Source: Planctomycetota bacterium
Lineage (GTDB): Bacteria; Planctomycetota; UBA1135; UBA2386
Assembly (NCBI GenBank): GCA_965228735.1
Contig: OZ245838.1
Span: 6,304,001-6,368,000 of the forward strand
Length of the DNA stretch: 64,000 nt
Reading direction: 5' to 3'
Under the pieces are notes generated by a model. The model made no database searches. It was given only the letters and a program-made list of their open reading frames with translations, and was not told the DNA's origin. How positions within the stretch are numbered: the first letter of the stretch is position 1; every line of letters starts with the position of its first letter. A program made the position numbers and the translations under genes. This document shows positions 10,329-17,364 of this stretch, piece after piece.

Positions 10329-11768
10329 TTACCCGCTGGGCGTCGCGTGCGCACGCGTGCCGCTCGCGCGCCCGAGCCACTCGTGGAACGCGAGGCCGCG
10401 CGCGCGAAAGTTGGGGTATTGATCGAACGATGCGAAGCCCGGACTGAACAGCACGACGTCGCCGGGGGTCGCCGCTCCGAGCGCGGCGGCGAGCGCGTCG
10501 TCCAGGTGTTCGCTCTGCGTCAGGGTGGGAGCGTTCGGCCAGTGCGCCGCGAGCGGAGCCGCAGCGGCGCCGAAGACGTGCGCCGTGGCGCAGCGCTGCG
10601 CGAGTTCGCGCGCGGCTTCGTCGAACCGGCCGTCCTTGCTCTTGCCGCCGCCGACCCAGTGCACCCGCGCCGCGGGACGACCGCGTTCGGCATCCAGGGC
10701 GAGCGTGTCGAGCGCCGAGACCGTCGAGTCGAGCGCCGTGCTCACGGCGTTGTCGAACACCCGCACGCCGCGGATCGTCGCGACCTGCTGCAGGCGGAAC
10801 GGCAGCGGCGAGGCCAGCGCGAGCGCGAGGCCCGTGTTGTGTTCGTCGGCGCCGAGGCTGTCCGCCGCGAGTGCCGCAGCCAGGGCGTTCTCCAGCTGGA
10901 AGCCGCTGCCGCCCTGCAGCATCGCATCGCGGTGGGCCAGCCGGACGGCCGCCGCGACGCCGCGACGCAGCGCGAGGAACCCGTCGACGAGGCCGCCGCA
11001 GTCCGGGGCGGGCTCGGTCAATGCGAAGCGCCGGCGCGTGTTCGCTCCGGTCGGATACGCCGCCGCGACCTCGTCGGCCGCCGCATGCACGACGAAGCGT
11101 CTGGCGGCCGCCGCGAGCCGCCCCTTGGCCGCGTGGTAGTCGGCGAGCGTGCCGTGACGATCGAGGTGGTCGCACGTTACGCGCGTGAACACCGCGCCGT
11201 GGACCGCGCGTTCGGGCGCGAGGCGCGCGAGCTGGAAGCTCGACATCTCCACCACCGCGATCTGGTCCGAACGCCACTGCGCTTCGTCGGCGAGGAGGCT
11301 GTGGCCGATGTTGCCGCCGAGCAGCGCGTCGATCCCGGCGCGCCGCAGCGCCCGGTGCAGCAGCGTCGCCGTCGTGGACTTGCCGTTCGTTCCCGTGACC
11401 CCGACGACGCGGCCCGGATAGGCCGCGAGGAACAGGTCGAGCTCCTGCGTGAGCGCGATGCCGCGCGCGCGGGCCGCGCCGATCAGCGGGTGGTCGTCGG
11501 GCACGGCGGGGTTCTGGACGACGAGTTCGATCCCCGCGAGCAGGCCCGCGTCCTCGCGGCCGAGTTGCCAATCGACCGTTCCCGCGCCCGGCGTCCGATC
11601 ACCCTCGCCGATGCTGCGGCGCACGTCCTGCAGATCGGCGCCGTCGGCCCGATCGGCGACCCGGACCCGACAGCCGTGACGCACGAGGAAGCGGATGGCC
11701 TCGCGACCACCGCCGAATCGCCCGAGCCCATGGACGAGCACCGCGGTGCCGGGGGCCGGGCAGCTCAT
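10329..11768 (-). CDS. murD: UDP-N-acetylmuramoyl-L-alanine--D-glutamate ligase
   Basis: GLGRFGG, VTGTNGKSTT, GGNIG, EMSSFQL, DHLDRH, GGKSK, SPGFASFDQYPNF..RG..F. Confidence 0.92.
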   Translation of the reverse strand: MSCPAPGTAVLVHGLGRFGGGREAIRFLVRHGCRVRVADRADGADLQDVRRSIGEGDRTPGAGTVDWQLGREDAGLLAGIELVVQNPAVPDDHPLIGAARARGIALTQELDLFLAAYPGRVVGVTGTNGKSTTATLLHRALRRAGIDALLGGNIGHSLLADEAQWRSDQIAVVEMSSFQLARLAPERAVHGAVFTRVTCDHLDRHGTLADYHAAKGRLAAAARRFVVHAAADEVAAAYPTGANTRRRFALTEPAPDCGGLVDGFLALRRGVAAAVRLAHRDAMLQGGSGFQLENALAAALAADSLGADEHNTGLALALASPLPFRLQQVATIRGVRVFDNAVSTALDSTVSALDTLALDAERGRPAARVHWVGGGKSKDGRFDEAARELAQRCATAHVFGAAAAPLAAHWPNAPTLTQSEHLDDALAAALGAATPGDVVLFSPGFASFDQYPNFRARGLAFHEWLGRASGTRAHATPSG

Positions 11769-12217
11769 CGTGAGATCCGCGCGGCTTCGACGCGGCGCCG
11801 AACCTGTTCGCTGTTCTGCGGCCGGACATCCTCTTCCGCGCGCATCGAGAGCGGCGTCGCGGGCGGCGTCACGAGCACCGTGTACGACGGATCGGGGTCG
11901 AAGAGCCGGCCCGCGGCTTCGAGCACGAAGTCGAACGGAAACAGCCAGGGGCTCGCCGGCTCCTCCATCACGAGGGCCTGGCTCATCGACAGCCGCGACC
12001 AATCCGGCCGGCCGTCCGGTCGCGGCCTCGGGATCACGTCGACGCGGCTCGTGCCGTAGTAGCGGAACGGCAGGATCGGGCGCGTTTCAAGCCGCCCATC
12101 GACGTAGCAGCGGTGGCCACCGTCGTTGTCGAGGAACGTCGTCGGTCCGGCGCAGCCCGCGAGCGCGATTGCGGCGAGCAGAGCGAGGCTGGCAGCGACT
12201 GACCGGTGACGCGACAT
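11765..12217 (-). CDS. Hypothetical lipoprotein, coupled to murD
   Basis: Lipobox LAGC after a hydrophobic stretch; stop overlaps the murD ATG. Confidence 0.7.
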   Translation of the reverse strand: MSRHRSVAASLALLAAIALAGCAGPTTFLDNDGGHRCYVDGRLETRPILPFRYYGTSRVDVIPRPRPDGRPDWSRLSMSQALVMEEPASPWLFPFDFVLEAAGRLFDPDPSYTVLVTPPATPLSMRAEEDVRPQNSEQVRRRVEAARISR

Positions 12218-12257
12218 CGAAGCGGGCAATCCGCCGGTTCGGGCCCGGCGGGAAAGT

Positions 12258-12349
<92 letters not shown>

Positions 12350-12681
12350 GCAGGTGCCGTGACGGGATTCAACGCGCTGCCGGCCAGCCCGTCAACAGCC
12401 GTCTCCAGAACGAGCTGATGCCTTGCGTGTGGTGCGGTTGCCCTAACGCCGCGTCCGGTCTTCGGGTAGGGCGTTCTGGTGCGCCGGTCCGGCCGGTCGG
12501 GTCCCGGTCCGGTCCCGGTCGTTCCAAGCACCGGGTTCGTGCAGCCGTGCACCGTGCGACAACCACACGCATGACATCAGTCTCCGGAAGGTGTCGGGTC
12601 GCGGTGGGAGCGGCGGGGTCGGGGTCGGGCCACCTCGACACGGCGGTTCGGGACGCGACTCGAACGACCGCCGAAAGGCGC

Positions 12682-12735
12682 TTGCATTCCGTGGCCGACA
12701 AACTAGACTGTCGGTCGGACAGGAATAGTTGTCGG
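12682..12735 (+). promoter_or_regulatory. sigma70-like promoter overlapped by two tandem palindromic operators (GACA-N8-TGTC)
   Basis: TTGCAT(12682)-N16-TAGACT(12704); CCGACA-AACTAGAC-TGTCGG at 12695-12714 and CGGACA-GGAATAGT-TGTCGG at 12716-12735. Confidence 0.7.
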
Positions 12736-12807
12736 TGGCTGTGCGCGCCAGCCGCCGGTCGAGCCGGTCCGCCTACCAGCAGAACCCAATCACCAGGAGA
12801 ATGACCC

Positions 12808-13638
12808 ATGTCAGTCAGTAGCAGACAGTTCGAGATGGAGATCCGGCTTCCCGCGACGCCCGACCAGGTTTGGAGCGCGATCGCCGACAAGACCGAGTTG
12901 CAGCGCTGGTTCGCGCCACGCTGCGAGATCGAACCGCGCGTCGGCGGGGCGGTCCTGTGGCAGTGGGGTGAGCACCACACCTGGCCGCAGGTTGTCGAGA
13001 CGTGTGAGCCGGGCGCGCACCTGCGGACGCGCTACGACTCCGTCGTCGACGATGGGGCGGGCGGCAAGCGGCCGCTGTTCATCGACTTCTTCCTCACCGG
13101 CGACGGGGGCGAGACCGTGTTGCGGCTCGTGCACTCCGGGTTCGGACCCGAGGGCGACTTCGACGCCGAGTACGACGGCATCTCGAGCGGTTGGCCGGTC
13201 GAGTTGCGCAGCCTGCGGCACTACCTCGCGCACCACCGCGGCAGGGATCGTCAGATCGCGTGGAGCCTGTGGTCGACGCAGCTCGATCCCGAGACCGCGT
13301 GGTCGCGGCTGACCGGCGACGGCGGGCTGCCGCTCGGCGGTCTGCACGAGTTGGCCGAAGGCGACTCCTACTCGGTGTCCATCCCGGGCGCGGGCTCGAT
13401 CGCCGGGCGCGTCCTGCACGTGCCACACGCGCGCGAGTTCTCCGGCACCGCGGAGAACCTGAACAACGGCTGGTTCCGGGTGCACTGCGAGCACTGGGCC
13501 GGCGCGACGCAGATCTGGATCTGGCTCGCCGCCTACGACGCGGATCCGAACGAGTTGGCGAAGTTCGAACGCGCGTTCGACACCACGCTCGGAGCGTTGT
13601 TCGACGACGGCAAGAAGACGGCGGGGGCGGTGGCTTGA
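12808..13638 (+). CDS. SRPBCC/AHSA1-like domain protein
   Basis: EI.LPATP.QVW.AI.D...L.RWF, IEPRVGG, TVLRLVHSGF, GW...L..LR.YL; AGGAG SD. Confidence 0.88.
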   Translation: MSVSSRQFEMEIRLPATPDQVWSAIADKTELQRWFAPRCEIEPRVGGAVLWQWGEHHTWPQVVETCEPGAHLRTRYDSVVDDGAGGKRPLFIDFFLTGDGGETVLRLVHSGFGPEGDFDAEYDGISSGWPVELRSLRHYLAHHRGRDRQIAWSLWSTQLDPETAWSRLTGDGGLPLGGLHELAEGDSYSVSIPGAGSIAGRVLHVPHAREFSGTAENLNNGWFRVHCEHWAGATQIWIWLAAYDADPNELAKFERAFDTTLGALFDDGKKTAGAVA

Positions 13639-14234
13639 GCGCCGCCGTCGATGACGCAGTCCTCGTCGTCGAGGAGCCCGAGCAGGCCAGAACCCTGCTG
13701 CACGACACCCGACTCGAGATCCTCGAGCGGCTCACGAACCCGGAGTCCGCGGCGAGTCTCGCAACGGCGATGAACCTGCCGCGCCAGCGGCTCAACTATC
13801 ACCTGCGCGAGCTCGCGGCCCAGGGGCTCATCGAGACGGTGAGCGAGTCGACGCGCGGCAGCGTTCGCGAGCGGACCTACCGCCGCGCCGGCCGCTGCTA
13901 CGCGATCTCGGCGCACGCCCTCGGCACCCTCGGCGCCCGGCCGGAGCACGTGCAGGACCGGTTCTCGTCGGCCTACCAGATCGCGGTCGCCAACCAGGCG
14001 ATCGCCGACCTGGCCCTGCTGCGCGCCGGCGCGGCTGCCGCGGGCAAGCCGCTGCCGACGATGACGCTCGAGGTCGACGTCCGGTTCAAGGACGCCGAGA
14101 GTCGTAGCGCGTTCGCGCAGGAGCTGTCCGACTCGGTCGCGGCATTGGTCCGGAAGTACCACGACGACACGACCTCGGGCGGGCGCACGTTCAAGTTCTT
14201 CGCCGGGTCATACCCCAAGCCGAAGGCGACGTGA
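13635..14234 (+). CDS. ArsR-like winged-HTH transcriptional regulator
   Basis: TRLEILERL..PESAASLA..MNLPRQRLNYHLRELA..GLIE; TTG start overlaps the upstream stop. Confidence 0.88.
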   Translation: MSAAVDDAVLVVEEPEQARTLLHDTRLEILERLTNPESAASLATAMNLPRQRLNYHLRELAAQGLIETVSESTRGSVRERTYRRAGRCYAISAHALGTLGARPEHVQDRFSSAYQIAVANQAIADLALLRAGAAAAGKPLPTMTLEVDVRFKDAESRSAFAQELSDSVAALVRKYHDDTTSGGRTFKFFAGSYPKPKAT

Positions 14235-14409
14235 CCGGCCGTGCGGCCGGGGCCACCTGCTGCCGACGGCACGACAGGGAGCAACGCTGGCAGCGTCGAT
14301 TACCGATCGCAGCAGTCTGCTCCCGACCGCTGGGCGATCGGGATACGGGCTGCGGACTGTCGGTTGGCCCGGCGGTAGTCTCACCGACCACCATGGCTTC
14401 GGATTCCGC

Positions 14410-14590
14410 TCACGGGCGGGTGCTGCTGGGTCGGGCATGCCCCACGGTCTCGGGTAGGGCCCTGCCGTCCCATTCTCCCCGGGCGTCCGGCTTCGCCGGC
14501 ATGCCGAGCATGCGATCGACGCAATCGCTCTCGAAACGGGCCGCTGGAGTGGCGACGAAGGTCCTTCGGGACGTTCTTCGTGCGCGGCAT
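14410..14590 (-). pseudogene. Frameshifted N-terminal remnant of a tyrosine integrase (arm-binding region)
   Basis: Reads MPRTKNVPKDLRRHSSGPFRERL, then after a frameshift DCVDRMLGMPAKPDARGEWDGRALP; resembles the planctomycete integrase N-terminus as I recall it (MPR..VP..RRH.SG...V.L.G.D.YLG....EA......EW...GR.LP); starts 66 bp past the tRNA 3' end. Confidence 0.55.
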
Positions 14591-14655
14591 GGGAACTCGC
14601 GGGAACACTCCCGGCCATAGCCACCCTGGCTGAGATGACAACAGCGATGAGAAGG

Positions 14656-14745
14656 TGGCGGTGGGAGAGGGATTCGAACCCCCGGTCGGCTTGCACCGAC
14701 GCCGGTTTTCAAAACCGGTCCATTCGGCCGCTCTGGCATCCCACC
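14656..14745 (-). tRNA. tRNA-Ser(TGA)
   Basis: GGTGGGA/TCCCACC acceptor stem, GCCA end, anticodon arm CCGGT-TT TGA AA-ACCGG, long variable arm. Confidence 0.97.
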
Positions 14746-14850
14746 GGGCCGGCCGCGGGCTGCGCGACGCCGGCAGCGTAGTTGCGTCGGAGCCCGGAGT
14801 CCATGCGCGCGCAGATGCCCTGGCGAATTGCGGGCCTCGGCCGGTCTGCG

Positions 14851-15273
14851 CTAGTCGACGCTGACTTCGTCGAGCACGTGGCGGGCGACGAAGATGCGGG
14901 CCTGGGTCTGCACGGCGAGGGCGATCGCGTCCGAGGGGCGGCAGTCGACGCGCACCTCGTCGGTCTGGCTGTCCGGTGCGGTGCCCTTCGGCACGAGGCC
15001 GAGGAACGCGAAGAACGTGCCGTCGCGCAGGTCGTTCACGACGACGCGTTGCAGGCGGTGGCCGAGGTTCTGGATCACGCGGCCCACGAGGTCGTGGGTC
15101 AGCGGGCGCTGGGTCTCGACGGCGTGCAGCTTGCGGTTGATCTCCTCGACCTCGTGGAAGCCGATCACGATCGAGAAGATGCGGCTGCCCTGGCGTTCCT
15201 TGAGGTTGAGGAACTGCTGCTCACCCTTCTGCTGGATGATGACGCGAGAGAGTTCGACTTCGACGAGGTCCAT
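14851..15273 (-). CDS. Bifunctional nuclease family protein (DUF151)
   Basis: I.IG..E, RPLTHDL, V.V.DL.DGTFFA.L, DCRPSDAIALAV. Confidence 0.9.
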   Translation of the reverse strand: MDLVEVELSRVIIQQKGEQQFLNLKERQGSRIFSIVIGFHEVEEINRKLHAVETQRPLTHDLVGRVIQNLGHRLQRVVVNDLRDGTFFAFLGLVPKGTAPDSQTDEVRVDCRPSDAIALAVQTQARIFVARHVLDEVSVD

Positions 15274-15349
15274 GCGGGAGCGTGCCGTGGCGGGTCCGTC
15301 GGCGCAGTGTAGCCAACGCCCTGGGCCGCGCGCACGGTATAACGGGCCG

Positions 15350-16495
15350 GTGGCTCATCCCGACAACCCGGTCCTCAGCGTCGTCACGCGCAGCGACCGC
15401 GTCGAATCGTGGCATCGGGGTGCGCTCGTGGTCGTGCACGACGGCGAGCTCGTCGTCGCGATCGGCGACGTCAAGAACGCGGTGTATGCGCGATCGGTCG
15501 TCAAGCCGCTGCAGGCGCTGGCGCTGCTCGAGCGCGGGCTGCACGAACGTCTCGAACTGACCGCCGCGGAGATCGCCGTGCTCTGCGCGAGTCACGACGG
15601 CACGCCGTTCCACACGGAGCTGGTCCGCACGTTCCTCGGTCGCGGGGGGCTCGACGAGACCCACCTGCGCTGCGGCCCGCATGCGCCGTTCGATCCGGGG
15701 ACGCGCCGCGCGATGCTCGGCGCGGGCGAGGCGCCGAGCCGGTTGCACAACAACTGCAGCGGCAAGCACACCGGCTTCCTGCATCTCGCGCGCGAGTGCT
15801 CCGACGATCTCGCTGACTACCTCGACCCGGCCTCGGCGGCGCAGCGCGAGGTCCATGCCGCGGTCATCGGGATGGCCGGGCTGAGCCACGAGGTACCGAC
15901 GGGGCTCGACGGCTGCGGCGCGCCGACGTTCTGGCTGCCGCTGGCCCGCATCGCGCGGGCTTTCTGCCAATTGGCGAACCCGATCGGGGTCGCCGACGTT
16001 CGAGCCACGGCATGCCGAACGATCCTGGATGCCGTGGGCCGCGAGCCGGTGGCCCTCGCGGGCGAGCGCCGCTTCTGCACGGCGCTGGCGCGGGCGTTCC
16101 CGGGCCGGGTGTTCCCGAAGAACGGCGCCGAAGGGGTCTACGCGGTCGCGCTCGCGCCCGACCCGGCGCGGCAGCGATGGCCCGGCGCGATCGGGCTCGC
16201 GGTCAAGATCGACGACGGCAACGAACGGGGCTATCAGCCGGTCGTGATCGACGCGCTGCGGCGGCTCGGTGCGTTCGGCGAGGCGGCTGTTGGCGCGCCC
16301 GGGTCCGGGGCCGCCAAGTCCGGGGCCGCCAAGTCCGGGGCCGCCAAGTCCGGGGCCGCCGGGTCTGGTTCCGCACGCTCTGGGGCCGCCGGGTCGCTCC
16401 CGAGCGAGCTCGAGAAGTGGGCGCGGTTGCCGATCCTCAACACCCAGAAGCGCGTCGTCGGCGAAGTGCGGGCGGAGTTGCCGTGGCCAGTCTGA
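15350..16495 (+). CDS. Asparaginase II family protein (Rhizobium AnsA-like)
   Basis: VES.H.G, RS..KPLQA, ASHDG, HNNCSGKH, DGCGAP, K.GAEG, KI.DG..R. Confidence 0.9.
   Translation: MAHPDNPVLSVVTRSDRVESWHRGALVVVHDGELVVAIGDVKNAVYARSVVKPLQALALLERGLHERLELTAAEIAVLCASHDGTPFHTELVRTFLGRGGLDETHLRCGPHAPFDPGTRRAMLGAGEAPSRLHNNCSGKHTGFLHLARECSDDLADYLDPASAAQREVHAAVIGMAGLSHEVPTGLDGCGAPTFWLPLARIARAFCQLANPIGVADVRATACRTILDAVGREPVALAGERRFCTALARAFPGRVFPKNGAEGVYAVALAPDPARQRWPGAIGLAVKIDDGNERGYQPVVIDALRRLGAFGEAAVGAPGSGAAKSGAAKSGAAKSGAAGSGSARSGAAGSLPSELEKWARLPILNTQKRVVGEVRAELPWPV
16304..16393 (+). repeat. 15-bp in-frame tandem repeat (SGAAK x3 plus 3 degenerate units) in the asparaginase gene
   Basis: TCCGGGGCCGCCAAG exact three times from 16304, followed by diverged copies. 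Confidence 0.9.
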
Positions 16496-17364
16496 GAAAG
16501 AGCGCGGCGCGCCGCGCGTTGCCTTCGGCCGCGGGCTCGGGCATCGGCTCGTGGCGGCGCGTTCGGCGGGTGCCGGCTCTGCCCCCGCGCGCGACCGATC
16601 TGCACAAGGGCGCGGCGGGTCGCGTGCTCGTCGTCGCCGGCAGCGACGGCATGCTCGGCGCGGCCATCCTCGCGACGACGGCTGCATTGCGCGGTGGTGC
16701 GGGGCTCGTCACGGCGGCGTTGCCGAAGCCGTTGATGGCGCCGCTGACCGTCGCGGTGCCGCCGGCGATGACCCTCGCACGCACGGCGGCCGCGCTCGCC
16801 GGAGCGGTGCCGGCCGCGGATGCGATCGTGCTCGGCCCGGGCCTCGGCCGCACGGCCGCTGCCAAGGCCACGGTGCAGAACGTGCTGCAGCAGGCGACGG
16901 CGCCGGTCGTCGTCGACGCGGACGCGTTGTTCCTGTTGTCGCCGCTGCGACGCCGCGCGCGCCCGGGAGCTCCGATCGTGCTCACGCCGCACGTCGGCGA
17001 GGCGGCGCGATTGCTCGGCGTCGATGCCGGGGTCGTCGTGGCGGATCGGCAAGCCGCGCTCGCGCAGCTGTGCGAGCGCAGCTCGGCGACCGTCGTGCTC
17101 AAGGGCGAGGCGACGCTCGTCGGCGGCGCCGAACGCTGGTATCGCAACGCGACCGGCAACCCCGGTCTCGCGACCGGCGGCACGGGCGACGTGCTCGCGG
17201 GGCTGATCAGTGCGTTCCTCGCGGGCGGGATGGCGCCGTTCGATGCCGCGTGCGCCGCGGTGCACTGGCACGGCAAGGCGGCGGACCGGGTGGCGGACCG
17301 ACTGTCGGAGCGCGGGCTCATCGCGTCGGACCTGCCGCTCGCGATCGCGGAGGTGTTGCCGTGA
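16483..17364 (+). CDS. nnrD: NAD(P)H-hydrate dehydratase (stand-alone YjeF C-terminal domain); start may be GTG 16570
   Basis: HKG..GRVLVVAGS..M.GA, GAGLV, GPGLG, VVDADAL, TPH.GE, VLKG, GNPGLATGGTGDVLAG. Confidence 0.88.
   Translation: MASLRKSAARRALPSAAGSGIGSWRRVRRVPALPPRATDLHKGAAGRVLVVAGSDGMLGAAILATTAALRGGAGLVTAALPKPLMAPLTVAVPPAMTLARTAAALAGAVPAADAIVLGPGLGRTAAAKATVQNVLQQATAPVVVDADALFLLSPLRRRARPGAPIVLTPHVGEAARLLGVDAGVVVADRQAALAQLCERSSATVVLKGEATLVGGAERWYRNATGNPGLATGGTGDVLAGLISAFLAGGMAPFDAACAAVHWHGKAADRVADRLSERGLIASDLPLAIAEVLP

Noticed and set aside
12456..14460. Shared 16-17-mer CGGTCT(T)CGGGTAGGGC at 12456-12472 and 14445-14460 near both tRNA-Ser genes
   Set aside because: The second copy falls inside the integrase remnant (codons ALPET). 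With only two copies and no further flanking similarity, I cannot distinguish it from chance.
14235..14650. Hairpin-rich region considered as tmRNA, RNase P RNA or a riboswitch
   Set aside because: It lacks the diagnostic termini and core motifs, the strand evidence from G-U pairs is mixed, and an integrase remnant explains part of it better.
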